Origin: Glaucostegus cemiculus
Taxonomy: Eukaryota
Reading direction: 5' to 3'
Assembly (NCBI GenBank): GCA_976551045.1
Contig: CDPCPM010000213.1
Coordinates: 558,001 to 622,000, forward strand
Length of the DNA stretch: 64,000 nt
Under the pieces are notes generated by a model. The model had not been told where the DNA came from. It made no database searches and saw only the letters and a program-made list of their open reading frames with translations. Both the position numbers and the translations under genes were made by a program. Positions 12,234 to 25,755 of the stretch are shown here, one piece after another. Within the stretch, counting starts at the first letter, position 1, and the number at the start of each line of letters is the position of its first letter.

Positions 12234-12528
12234 ATGTTGGCGCCGGAAGTGTGGCGACACCTGCGGGCTGCCCCCAGAACATTTTATGCATTCCCACCGC
12301 TGTCTGTAAGGAGTTTGTACGTTCTCCCTGTGTCTGCGTGGGTTTCCTCTGGGTGCTCCGGTTTCCTCCCACATTCCAAAGATGTACAGGTTAGGAGCTG
12401 TGGACATGCTGTGTTGGCGCTGGAAGCGTGACGACACTTGCGGGCTGCCCCCAGAACACTTTACGTAAAAGGATGTATTTCACTGTGTGTTTCAATGGAC
12501 ATGTGACTAATAAAGAGATCTTATCTTA
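12234..12528 (+). mobile_element. tail-type-A SINE, 5'-truncated, with duplicated 3' domain in front
   Basis: atgttggcgccggaag...cccccagaaca appears at 12234-12290 and again at 12411-12470. Ends aataaagagatcttatctta. Confidence 0.85.
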
Positions 12529-13897
12529 CATAAAAAATAATTACATCATTTTAGACAAATGTATAGTTCTGTGCTTTCCATCTTTCCTAAATTGCTACCA
12601 TATCATTTTCTTTTAAGAATGCAAGCAAATGCTGATAGCTATACAGGGTCATAAAATCTGTTCCACCAACAATACCTGTTAATGCCTTTTTGAAGAATTA
12701 TTTTTTCAAAACATTAATGATGAGCCTAACCCTGATTCTACTATTGGGAGGCTGAGGGAGGTGGGTGTAGGGGGCCACAGAGAGGGAAGTCAGTTGGGAG
12801 CTTACATAAGCAAGACAAGATAGGCATCCCCTCCACAGAGCACCCGGTGATGGCAAAAGCAGCACTTTGACCTGATGTTAAGGTGCCCTAATGCTCCAAT
12901 TGATGCATTTATTTAAATGATCTTCTCTGTTATCTCTAGTGGACAGGCAGTTATTTAATTTGTATCGAGGCCCTCCTCCACAGCCCAATCCAACCAAGGC
13001 ATGGTCTGGCTCAGCTTCTTCCATAATAAACCAAACCAACTCCCACATGATTTCTGTGCTGTTTCATTCTGAACTAACTGTCTGAACGTAACATCAGAGA
13101 TCCGCATGGAGTTAATTCCACTGACTACTGCAGTTATCACTTTGTTTTTTTCCAACAATTTTTTCATTCACTTGATCAAAATTGTCACTTCCAGACTGCC
13201 GGGGTCCCAGAGCTGAGTGTGAGCAGCTTGTTATCAGAGCAGCTTTATCCAGGATTTTGTACACAAGCTGCTTATGTGTCCTGCCAGTTTGAGCACCCAC
13301 AAAGGTCACAACCTCTTGATCCCTCCATGTGGCCTGTGTCACTCTGAAGCCAGATAACAGACTGAGCTTTTGCACTCTTGATTAGCAATCCCGATTAATT
13401 GATCAAGGGCTTGGAATGCAGATTAATAAAGAGGAGCCAAACCCAAGAACAGTGGCTCAATTATTAGTGCATGGAAGCAGCACAAACCACTCTAGCCCAC
13501 ACACAATTAATGCTCCACTTACTGAAAAAGATTGAATTGTGCTTTAATAAATCATAATCCTACAGCAGAACCAAATGACACTAATGTCAATTTAACAGCA
13601 ATGACCCTCTCCAAATTCTGACCCACACAGGAAATGTTACGGGGACAATACAACCACTATTATGGTTTTCATTGGTCTCATTATTTCCACATGGAGTTTA
13701 AAATCCTCTTGGCATTCTTGGTCGCTCACAGATTCTATAGCTTAAGACTTGAGCCTGGGAGATAAAAAATAAGGGAACTCCTGTGGTTAACTATATGACA
13801 CTGGCAATATTTGCAGATGGGTACTTAATATAATGTTCCTCTGTACGATACTTTAGTGAGGTATTTAGTAATAGATTGTTGGATGTGAACGCCTTCA

Positions 13898-14297
13898 GGT
13901 GTGAGTCAGTGGGTAGCTCTTTCTCAGAAGGTTGTGGGTTCAAATCCCTTTGCAGTTCCACTTAGAAATCTAGACTAATGCTCCTGTGCAATACTGAGAG
14001 AGTTCTGTGCTGTCAGAATTGCTGCTCACTGACAATAAACAGAGGATCTGTCTGCTCTCTGGAGTGGATATAAAAGATATGAAGAAGAGAATGGGGTGTA
14101 TTACCGATGTCCTGGGCAGTATTTATCCCTAAATCGATATGATAAAAATGTCACCTGGTCCTTATTGCTATTGCTGTTCCTGGGAGCTTGCCGTGCACAT
14201 ATTCATGTGTTCCCTATATAACAAGGGTTACTATACTTCAAAAGTACTTCATGGGCTCTAAGGCAGTTTGGGGTAACTTGAGGCCGTGAAATGTGCA
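13898..14297 (+). mobile_element. Deu-domain SINE (SacSINE1/AmnSINE-like)
   Basis: tRNA-like head (cagtgggtagc...gggttcaaatccc), Deu core gtggatataaaagat...gaagaagag...gtcctgggcagtatttatccct, L2-like tail cttcaaaagtacttcat. Confidence 0.75.
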
Positions 14298-16221
14298 GCA
14301 TCTCTGACCTGCTGTACTTTCAGTACTGCGATTTCTAAACAATACTGAAAAGGATTTGAGCCCACAACCTTTGGAGAAAGAAAGTTTTTTATATATTACA
14401 AGTCTGTCTACTAATGTAGCTATCAATTATTTCCAGCCTGATAAACTGCAAAGACATAAGTACATCTGCAGAGAATAATTTTGCTGAATGTGCCAAGCCA
14501 AGGAAACTTTCACACATATATTTACAGTGTTGTCCTACTCAACAGCCACAGGATTTTTAAATCCTAAAATATAGGACGAAATCTGTAATGATGTGAATGT
14601 CAGAAGATTGTGGAGATGTTACTACAATGTAATCACAGGTGTTAGTTATCGGTGAGGTGTCATGCGAAGTCTTACTTTTTACAATGTAATCAAAAAGTTA
14701 AACAAAATCAGATTTTCCTATCCTATGGTGATGGTAGCAACTTATTTATTGATGTCCAAACTTTGGAGGCAGTTTATGGTGTTTGGTGTGCTTGCGTGAT
14801 TGACCTTGTATCATGTAACAGATTGGAGGGAGCAGTCTTTACAGTGTGATCCATTGTTTGGCTTTCATTGCTGCAGTGACAACTAGGATTGGATTTGGTT
14901 TTCCATCAGTGTATAAGGCGACCACATTTTCTTTGTCTGGTTCATATTTGGCTCTCCACATGCTGTGTAGAGGATAAAAAAGGAAATTATGAATGGTGTA
15001 AATCTGTAATAAAAATAGAAAATTCTCTGAATGTTCAAGAGGTTGTTCAGTTTATGAAAGTGAATATGAGACAGTAGGTTAACATTTGGAATGGAATCTG
15101 CCTTGTTGCTTGCTGTTTGACCTGCTGTACATTTATAGCACATTCTGTGTTGATTTAATTTACACCTGCTGAATTCTAAATTTTTTAGTCTCTTGTTGTC
15201 CCTTTTCACATTTCATTATTTTGTTGGACTGGCTGTCTGTACAAAGGATGTTATGATGTTGAATGCACCAATTTATTCATTCAAATGAAGCTTGCTGTGG
15301 ATACAATTTACAATCACATTAAAACTAACTGCAAATAATTCAAATGGATTGCATGTTTTTGCTTTGGGGAGTTTTGAAATAGCCTTCATTCCTGGGAGCA
15401 CCAGACAGTTTGTTTTCTAAAATAAAAATTAAAGATGTAAATATATTAAGGGAATTCTTTCTCCCTAATCCATGCAGCTCAATGTTTCTTCAGCCTATGT
15501 CTGGATCAGCTGGAGTAACACATACGCTAAGAAGCTTTCTGCATCTGTCACTGTCATTGTGTACTGCGGTGTCTGGGAACTGGGTTGTGAGTCGCAGGTG
15601 GGCAGTAAGATACAGCTGCAGAGGACTGTGCACAGCTTAGCCCCATTCAGTGTGCTGGTCCTAGTGAGTTATCAAACATTATTCCACAGCAAGTTAATCT
15701 AAAAGGATTCTGCCACTAACCAACTTGAATTAATGCATGTAGTTCACTTCAACTTAGAACATTTTATCTCCCCTCTCTCACTATAAACCAACGCCCTAAT
15801 CTTTTTAAAAAATTAATCATTGTCAGTATGTGATGGAGGGGGAGTGAAGCCAATTGGAGGGAAATGTGTTATGTTGTAGGACCAATCTTTTTTATCCAAA
15901 GGATTTTACCATTGATCCATAATTCCACTCAGCGTGGCTGTAGGCCACAAATGGTTTTGAGTTTATCTCAAAAGTGCTGAGCAAAATCACAGTATTTATT
16001 ACAAGAAGAGCAAGGCACACCCTAAAAATAGACAGTGTCCCTCAAAGATGTCTGCTTCAGTTTTCTAATAAATCATCACTAAGGTGAGGGAATTATTTTC
16101 GGAGGACCTCATCTTTGCTTTTCTATTCCTTCCCTCTTTGTCTTCATCTAAACAGGAGCATAAACTGTGGAAGTTACTATAATATCCATGGCGGTGAGAC
16201 GATTTGTGATATTGGTGAAAT

Positions 16222-16515
16222 GCAACAACTTTAGGTTATATAGCACCTTTAATGTGGTAAGACATCCCAAGGTGTTTCATTAAACAAAAATTGATGTGGA
16301 ACCACAGGATTCAGGGAAGATGTTCCAAATCTCAGTCAAACAGGTAGCTTTAAGGAGTATCCTGCAGGAGGAGGGAGAGTTAGAGTGGGTTGGAGGCCTT
16401 AATTGCAGAGCCTTGGCAGTGATGGCATGGCTACTAGTGGTGGAGCAACTAAGTTTGGCGATGATCAAGTAGCTAGAATTGAAGGAGGTCAGCTATCTCA
16501 GAGGTAGGGAGGTAG
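16222..16515 (-). mobile_element. L2-type LINE 3' fragment
   Basis: gcaacaact...tatatagcacctttaatgtggtaagacatcccaaggtgtttca is the reverse complement of the terminus seen at 54520-54578. Confidence 0.6.
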
Positions 16516-19500
16516 AATGTCAGCTGCAATCCTCCTTTATCTGGCCTTGCCCCACAGAAGTTACTCATGAGTGAATTTTGTCTGTAATTAATTTGGCAAC
16601 AGAGATCTTCTGTAAATAGGCTGTCTGTCTGTTTACACTGTCAGATCCTAATTAACGTTAACTGAAAACGTGCAGCATGAGTCCTCATTTAAGTTGTGTA
16701 GAGTTTGTCACTGTGGAGTGATAATACTAATTTGTGGAAATGCTTTGAAAAGCAATCAGCAGTGTGGGTACTTGCTTCAGACTGAGTTTGAATGAATCTA
16801 TTGTTTTTGGTTTAAAATAATGGGGAAAACCTTGCTTGCTGGAGTTGACAGATTTTTGCCATAGAAACTTCAGTAACTCTTGGGATTTTTGTGCATGCAC
16901 TGTTGTATGTGAAAGACTGAGACTTGCTGCGTAACAGATGGTATTGCATCTCTCGCTATGATCAACTGCTAGACTCTACGTGGAGTCTAGCAGAGGAGAT
17001 CAGTCTTGTTGGGATTTCCCCAGTTTAATGCTGCAAAATCACCTTTGCCAGGCCATAGATTAGAGGCATAGGGATAGGTAGGCTATTTTTTATTTCATTA
17101 TATTTTATTTCAGTTTATTTTAAACAATTATTTAACATTTTTAATTTACCTCAATTTTAATAATTATTTAATGCCTCTAAGTGTTAGTGTGGGGCCTTAG
17201 CAGTAGGCCACCTGAGGCCTGGTCATCTCTGGGATCTCACCATCAGTCTCCAGGATATGGAAAGCCACCAACATTGGCTCTCCATATCTGGAGCTGGTGA
17301 GTACAGGAGCACAGGGATTGCAGGCTGTGGTTCCAGGCTCCTTGATGAACCAATGCATTACATACCAATGCCACAGATGGGAACTGACTTTGAGCCAGAA
17401 TACTGGCAAATATTATTGTAAATAACCGCTGCACTACGTTCTCAGTGATAAGTTGCATAGAATGCTGGTTTAAATCTTACCATGGTAGATTGTGAATTTG
17501 TTTTAAGACTTAAAAAGCAATTGGACAAATCCAAGTTGATGTTAATATTATTGCTGTTGTAACTGTTAGCATAAATACGTCTTGAAGGGAAACTCTCATT
17601 ATTAAAGCAACAAACTATTGAGATCATATTGAGCCCTTGTTGGTTATAATTGAGTTTCTGCCAAGGTTTGAAGAGTTAAAATCACAAGATTGGACTATAT
17701 AAACCAACTTTTTCACTACCATATTGATGGAAAATTATTTTTTTTAATTGTCAAGTGTATGATAAACTGTCATTGCATCTGAATGTTTATTGGTAACAGG
17801 AGAACTAATCAGTTTATAGAAAATTGTGCAAAAGCCAAAAAGCTACACTGTGATGCTAAAATGTGTGACTGAATAATACAGGCAAAAGGAAAAATACAAT
17901 CTCTTTGGAGATAGCAAATTAATTTCCTTGTGCCATTGGAGATCTTGAGTTATGTGGTTCAGCATTATTCTTCAATTTCTTTTCCTAATCTATCACTGTC
18001 AGCTATTTATACTCAATTTTAAAAAATGCTGCACTGGAATTTTAGAATGCTTGAGTATTCTAGAATACCATGAGAATAAAGTAGGCAGTGCTGTAAATAG
18101 CTCTCTATATATAGTTGGACTGGGAAAAGTGAAAAGCTCAGTCTGGTATTTTACTGAAGTCATCCAGTAAAGACTTAATAATGTCCTGACATGGTCTTTC
18201 CTTCTTTGGACTGAATTTGGGAAATGCATCTATTGGCTGCAGATATGCACTTTAAAAAGATTTTACGTTTAAAATCTTTCTCCCACTCAGTTAGGTTGCT
18301 TAGCCTGTTAAGAACATTATGACATTCATAAAGCCATAGGACTTTGGGAAAGGAATATTGTGTTTCCTCATGTTGAAAGCATTCTGTTCACTAAATGATT
18401 GATTCCCTATTTCCCAAGCTCATAGACATTAAAAATCAATAAAGATATTGTAATGAAGCACAACCATTTGTGTTTTTTTTCTGCAGATCTCATTTGTTAT
18501 GTTTTAATTATGTATAAATGTGAAGTTGATGGTAACATATTCAGTGACTTAATGACTCGTGTGCAGTGGAGTCTCCCTTCCTCGAAATCAAAAGGGCTCA
18601 AAACATTGGCCTAAATCAGCAGTTTTAGTCAAGCCGAACCCCCTGATGGTTTCAGTAAGGTTTACTGCATTTTTCACTATGTCTAATTTCACATTTACAA
18701 TTGTATGAAGAACATCAAATGCTAAGAAACTACATGGTTGAAATGATTTTTGGGACAAAGCCATTTATAAGTAGTCCCTTTGTATATGCTTACAGGGATA
18801 CGAATCTTTCCTCATAGCACCTGCGTAGGTTTGTTGGGTGGAGCTAGAGGTAACCTCTTCAAAAAGCAACTGCTGGATTATGTCTTAACTAATTAAATAT
18901 TATAGATTCTGCAATGCGACGTGTTTTCCATGAGAACTGTAGGAGAGCACAAAGGATGTGAAGGGAGATTAATTGACTGACCTCTACCAATGACAGCGGG
19001 TGCATGGACCGCAACACGGTAAAGTCCATACAGCAAAGCAGCATTGTCAGCAATGCCCAGTTAGAGGGAAGCCATCAGCACACAGTAGGATATGGGAGAG
19101 TTGGGAGAGAAAAAGACCTCAGTGTTAAAGAGTATCATTAACATGGCCCGCCACATATGAAGATTCTCATTTACTAAACAGTCTCTAATGATAATGACAC
19201 TAAAGGTGTCAAGAATAGTTAGTTTAGTGCATCATTGTACTTAACTCAAATTAACCAGTTATATTCTCTAAATACAACACACATGGAATTAACAATTAGG
19301 ACACAATATCAGAGAATCTAGAATGATGGAGCTAAGGACAACTGAAGCCTATTCTGACAATTTCAGGTACTCAGCCAAATCTCAGATGTTCCCACTAACT
19401 CTGTGTGTGCTTGGGGTGTGGCTTGCCTCACGATCAATAGGTAGTCATGGAATGAGGAAGCCTAGCGATGCACCCACCTGGAAGGATTCTTAAATTCACC

Positions 19501-19816
19501 CGATTCGGCACCCAATTGTTTTCGATGTGATTTCAGGATTTTCACTTAAATCCTCACCCCATCTTTAGATTTCCTTTGCCTGAAGGCAGCAGACCTAAGC
19601 TGATGTTTTACTAGCCTGAAGCTAAGTAATGTTCTAGATGTATCTCATCCATTCTCTTGACGATCTATGTATCTCTGTAAGATCACCTTTTCAGACATTG
19701 CTCTTCCAGTTTAGTAAGCTTTGTCAGTCTTGCCTCTTCATCCTAACTTCTTATGCTCTGGATTAGTCTGCTGTCTATTTATCTCCACAAACAGATCTGC
19801 CCAAAATAAAAATAGC

Positions 19817-20290
19817 CTTGCATTTGAAAAACACGTTTCCTATTCTTTGCAAATATTCCAGAGGAATACTTCAAAGCTGTAATCACTGCTGTAATGTAGG
19901 GAACATGGCAACCAATTTGTGCTTAGCAAGATTTTGCAATCAGTATAGAATTGCTCAAGGACAAAATGAGACCATTCAGCCCATCAAAACCATGCCAGCT
20001 TTTTGAAGAGCAATCTTCATTCCCATGCTCTCTCTGTGGAGCCTTTCTAGTTATTTTCTCATGAATGTGATAATGACCAGTTAATCTATTTAAGTGATGT
20101 TAGTTCATGGATTAAATATAGTCCAGGACACGAGGAATCCTCCCTACCACTTCTTTGAAATACTAACCAAAGGATCATTTAAGTCCACCAAGAGAGTAAA
20201 TCAGTTTAACATCTCATCCAGAAGATAGTATCTCCAACAGTGCAGCAGTCCCTCAGCACTGGACTAGATGATCAGCCCAGATTCTATGTA
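19817..20290 (-). mobile_element. Deu-domain SINE with a nested CR1 3'-end piece (about 19944-20060)
   Basis: Reverse complement of the 13898 element, interrupted by tagaattgctcaaggac...gaccattcagcccatc. Confidence 0.7.
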
Positions 20291-20989
20291 ATTTATTCCA
20301 TTGCCAAAATATTTGCCAGTTCAGTATGATTTTCTTGCCTTGAATAGGAAGGAGATGAATGGAAGGACTAAGCAACTCTGACAGTTTGCCTGTATATCAG
20401 CTGGAACAGAAATTACATCTGTGACAATTGTTCTAAAATAGTTAAATTTCTGGACTGGGCATTGGGATTAATGAATTTATTAACATGCAACAACAATATT
20501 ACATTGTGCAGTGGAGTGAAGCTCAACTACCTCTGTTTGTCAACTTCACCACAATGTCATGATTCAAGTCTGCTCCAGATATTAGATTAGCATGGATAAT
20601 ATCCAAGGAACCTGATCACTTTGACCTTCCCAGTGACTAATTTACACATTAACTGTATGATTGGATGCCTCTTGCTCTTAATTGCAGGGACAAGATCAGA
20701 GATTGTTTGCAAGTAAGAACAAAGACTAGAATAGTTCTATATTTTAAAATATTTCATTATGACTTTGAAGTAAACAGAGTTGATAATAAATATACATTCT
20801 GAAATTCTTGACTGAAATCTCACCTCCAGTTGCAGAATTGGATGAATACTGTGTGACTTAATACCAATGTATCAAACACTTAAACATGTGAACATTATGC
20901 TGCTGCTGGTTTGAACAAATGTTAATCTCCCTTCCCTTATAGTCTTCACCCCACCTCACGATTTTGCCTGCGGCGCACACCTCTCTGCT

Positions 20990-21255
20990 TTGTTTTTGTT
21001 CATTCCTGGGATGTGTTTGTTGCTGGCACAGCCAACTTTGATGGCCCATCCCAAATTACCTTTAAGTAATTGGTGGTGAGCCATCTTATTTGAACTGCTA
21101 CTGTCTTTCTGGTAATCATTGTTGGGTGCAAGGTTCTTGGACCCAGCAAGGGTGAAAGTCAAGCAATATATTTTCAAATTAGAATTGGTGAGGAATCTGG
21201 AATGATGGTGTTCCAGTGCCTCTGCTGCCATTGTGCTTCTTGGTGATGAAGTTAT
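20990..21255 (-). mobile_element. CR1/L2-group LINE 3' fragment
   Basis: ttcattcctgggatgtg...gctggc...gcccatcccaaattacc...ggtggtgagcc. A related piece lies at about 30430-30680. Confidence 0.5.
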
Positions 21256-22660
21256 TATTTAAGAGTAAAATAATATCTGTTGTGCGGTCTGTAGGTGCAA
21301 AATAAATGACATCCCAAATACTCTGCTAATAAGAGGGCTTAGTGCAATGCAACTATTGATTCTACACTTTCTTAGATTAAAATATTCAGCATCAAATGAG
21401 AAAACTAGTGGGTAAATATATGATTTTCATAAGGAGGAATGGATGACTGACTTAATTTTCTTTTAGAAAAAAGATGCATGTGCTAACTAATATGATAATA
21501 AATCAGATTGGTGTTTTTATCTTTCTGTTTACTTTGTCAAATGCTGGATTAGTATTTTTGTACCAGTGCCATTTGGCAATTGTTTCAGTTAGCTAATGTT
21601 AAAAAAATTGTTCCCAGAAAGGATGGTAGTCTGTGGTTTTCTTTATGCTGTCGTGCTGATTAGTTAAATATTAATTTATGAAAGAGCTTATGTTTGTACT
21701 TCAGCTTGAAAAGCAATAGATCTTTCAGAATTTACTAAAATACTTTTTTTTGTTTAAATTCTTACGTTAAGTATGCAATAGAACGTAAATGTTCACACTT
21801 GCAACTTTTTTAACAATGTTACAGAAAGTGAATGCTCTGCAGATTTAGGAATTATGCTTTAATGTAAATGGGAGAGAATCTTAGTCCTTTTGCCCATCTT
21901 GAGTGCTTTTAAATTGAACAGAATTAGTTTAATAACATGTTCTGTTACGACAGCTATCCCATTAAATTGGCTTGGATCTCCTTGTCATTGGATTAAGACC
22001 TCATTCTGTCAAGACTGTGTGGTAGCTGGTGCGCACAAACCATCCCATGTTAATAGTATTCACATCTTCTACATAGTGGATGAAAGCCATCCTTACCTGA
22101 GGGACTGCCAAAGAAGGAGAAAAGGATTGAAAGCTAAATCCCATTTACATTTTTTACATTCCAAAATCATTGGCTAAATCACTTAAAAGTTCTTTGGTAT
22201 GCAAAGTAAGTTGTTGTGTCCGTCAGTAACATTCCAACCTACAGATTAAAGAAGAGTTAGAGAAAGCCACGCGCTTAAATGTGTAGGCCCAAGAATACTC
22301 ATTTTGGGTGCAATTGATCATCCAGGTCCAAACTGAATTCTAGCTGCACCAATCTTGAGGAGTGTTAGGAGGGAGGATTGTCACTAGCACATTGAGGCTT
22401 GTAAATCCATTACTGTGTAGCATGTCAATGACTCCGCCAGTTGTGGGCCAACTGCATAAAGAGTCAGTATCTCCTGAGGCTGGGCCTGAGATGCTTTTCC
22501 TTTACTGCGCCATTAAAAGACTGCAAAAATAATAGATTAGCCCAGGATCATGGGGTGGTGAAAGGAGGAAGGCTGGCATTTATGCATCAGATCTTCCACT
22601 GGGGGTTTGGGATCATGAAGGACCTGATCTGGGGGAATTGGCATTTTGGCTGAGAGTCTT

Positions 22661-22920
22661 TTTAAAAATTTTTTTTAAAATTTTATTTATAGTGTGGTAA
22701 CAGGCCCTTTCAGCCCAACGAGTCCGCGCCGGCCATTTTAAACCCCCAAATTAACCTACCCGTACGTCTTTCAGAATGTGGAAGGAAACCGGAGCACCCA
22801 GAGGAAATCCACACAGACACGGGAGAACGTACAAACTCCTTACAGTCAGCGACGGGAATCGAACCCTGATCGCTGGCGCTGTAAAAACGTTGCGCTAACC
22901 GCTACGCTATTGTGCTGCCA
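22661..22920 (-). mobile_element. tRNA-derived V-domain SINE, tail type B (CR1-like tail)
   Basis: Reverse complement of the 46309 copy. Flanked by a 6-bp direct repeat agtctt (22655-22660 and 22922-22927). Confidence 0.9.
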
Positions 22921-23934
22921 AAGTCTTGAGTTGGAGTGTGGAAGATCTGGACAGTGGGAGTGAAATGGGATGGTGATGGAGTGAGGGTTGAAGAAGTTCA
23001 GCTTGATAAATAAAGAGGACCATTCAGAGTCTGATTCTTAGAGTGAGGTCTGTTCAGGAAGCCTTCCTTTAAGTGGCGCTGATGCAAAGCAAATAGCTCT
23101 ATAAAACCCCAGATGTTCTCTGGTTTGCATTAGAACCACTTGAATTAAAGTAACACTCTGGGGCAGAAACCTTGCCCTTCCCACCAGCATAATGTGGGAT
23201 TGGAAATGCCCTCCGAAATTTCCAGAATGGTACAATTGGACTTTGAATCATGTCTATTCCAGAAGAAAAATGATTTTCACATATGCAGTGCTGCAATCAA
23301 AAGCAGCCCTGGGCCTTTGAATTTCTAGGCTGTTACATATCAAGTTTTTACTAAAGCTTCAAAGTGAAACTGTCAAAAATAAAATCTGCCATGAACAAGC
23401 AACATTGAGTAGTATTTTAAAACAAATGGTTTAATAAGCGTCTGTTTGCTTTAAAAATATCTATTGATGTAGTTGAGAATGGAACCTGGTGCAGTTTAAC
23501 TAATACAGCTGATAAGGGCTTATCACAAAGAAAATTTAGGTCTTTGAATTGGTGGGTCTAATTCACAACCCGTGAATAACCAGGACTCAAATGCTGAAAA
23601 TATCTCCAAAAACATCTTCAAAATCAGTTGCTAGTCACATTGGCGTTTTGTATTCAATTTTTAAAAAATGCTAAATTGAAAAGAAGTTTTAAAGTATTCT
23701 CTCTACAGCTTTAAAACAAAAGCTCTTTATGTCTGCGAATGGGCCCAATTGACAGAAGGTGATTTACCTGATCTGGAGTCAAAAGGAACTTGTGGTCTTC
23801 CAGTGTGATATTTCTTAAACTAATGCACAGAAATAGTGTCATCTATTATATCAGTGATATAGTCTATGAAATGTATGAACTGTGCATAGAAATGTAACAC
23901 GTAGGAGCTGCTGTCAGCATCTGCAATTTTGTCT

Positions 23935-24700
23935 GCAGGTCTGGACTCCCTATCTAAGCAAAGATAGCCTTGTGAGAGAGGGACTGCAGCAAAGATTCAG
24001 CATATTGATCCATGGGATGGAAGATTTGTCATACAAGGAGGGATAAAGCAGACTGGGTCTTTATTGTCTTGAGTTTAAAAGAATGAGAGGTGCTCTCATT
24101 GAAAGGTACAAACTCATACAGGACTTGACGTAGTAGATGCAGAATTGATATTTCCCCTGAGTGGTATGTCCAGAGCCAAGGGCTAGACTCAAAATGTGTG
24201 GTAGGCTATTCAGGGCTATGGAGAAAAGAAATTTCTTCACTCAGATGGGGTGAATCTCTGGAATTCTCTATCCAAGAGATTCAGTCACTGAGTATATTCA
24301 GGAAAGAGTTCGATAGATATTAAGGGATAGTGAGGTTAGTGGAGGAAAGTGACAAAATCAGTCATGATCTTACTGAATGCCAAAGCTGGCATGAAAGGTC
24401 AAGTGGCCAACTCCTGCTTCTATTTCTTATGTTCCCACTTGGTCTATTGTGCCTACTCCACCAGTCAATAAGATTCTTGCTGATCTCGTCTGCTCCAGCT
24501 CCACTTCTTTGCTGTTCTTCACAACCCCTAATTCTGCTATAGTCCAAAATTCAGTCTGGCCCTTGATAATATTGAGTGACTCTGCCTCAACTTCTCTCTG
24601 GGGTGGAGAAATCCAATAAGTCACAGCCATTTCAGAAAATAAATTCTCTTCATTTCTGTCTTAAGTGAGCGATCCATTATCCTGAGGCTTGCTCCCTACA
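23935..24700. mobile_element. two CR1 3' fragments tail to tail (+ 23935-24435; - 24445-24700)
   Basis: Plus piece: tggactccctatctaag...tttaaaagaatgagaggtgctctcattgaa...aatttcttcactcag...actcctgcttctatttcttatgttc. It is followed by an inverted CR1 UTR. Confidence 0.75.
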
Positions 24701-25634
24701 GTTTCCCACTATTTTCTTATAATATTGCAAATAATGACAAGCTAGCTGTGTGGATATTGTATTAGTAAGCAGAATATAAAGACTGTTAACTGTTGCCCAC
24801 TGCTACAACATAAGAAATAGGTTTAACACAGTTTTATAAATGTTATTTCAATTAATTCAACTTAATGAAACTTTGAAGTCAATCCAAAAGCCTCTCCAAA
24901 ATCCTTCTGGCATGAAATTGCATTGAGATGATTCATTGTAAATGCAGGTGTATGTGTGCCAGATTGCACACCTGTTCTAACCTTGCATCTGAGTCATTTT
25001 GTTCGTCTTGGGCTTAGTCAGATAGTAACTTCATTGTGATAAACTGAATGCATGGATTTTTCCTTGGGTTCTTCCATAACTGTGATTTATCTCTCTAAAG
25101 GCCATTACACCCATACCTTGTGACAAAAAATTCTCAGCTTTCAAAAAAAAAATGATGGTAATACTTTGAAATCCTTTGGTTTGGAAAACTTGGTGATAGC
25201 AAATCTGGCATTCAACAAACTGCTCAAGCCTAGTAACTGCAGTGTATTAAGGTAGTGTTCAGTGGGGAGCCTGTGCCACTTTTGTGACAAGTCCCTTTGA
25301 GGAATTCAGCTATTATGCATTCAGCTATTGTGCTCCATAGAGTCAGCATCATCTGCTAAAAAAGCCTTCCATCTGAGAGCTTCTACTATTGGGAAAAGAG
25401 GATATAGCAGAGGAGGTTGACTTCTGGAGTAGACTGGAATGAGGCTGATGAAAAAGGGGGAGGGAGATAATGTTGGGGGTAGGGTTTGGTGTAAATCCAA
25501 GTTAGGTCCAGTTTAGTTGGGGAGATGATGCGGAGAGAGATGGAAGATGCCAGAGCTGGGTACCTAAGGATGTTGTCAGTGAGGTGGGGTGGCAGCTATC
25601 ACCAAGAAAGAACGCTGAAAGAAGAATGCATCAA

Positions 25635-25755
25635 CACAATGGACATCATACTGTGATGCCATGTGCCTACAATGCTGCTGCAAGTCAGTTTTTCATTGCA
25701 CCTGTGCATACATGTACTTGTGCATATACTATAAGCTCGACTATGATGTTGACTT
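25635..25755 (+). mobile_element. Rex1-type LINE 3' terminus
   Basis: gctgctgcaagtcagtttttcattgcacctgtgcatacatgtacttgtgcata followed by a gact-type microsatellite tail. Confidence 0.5.
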
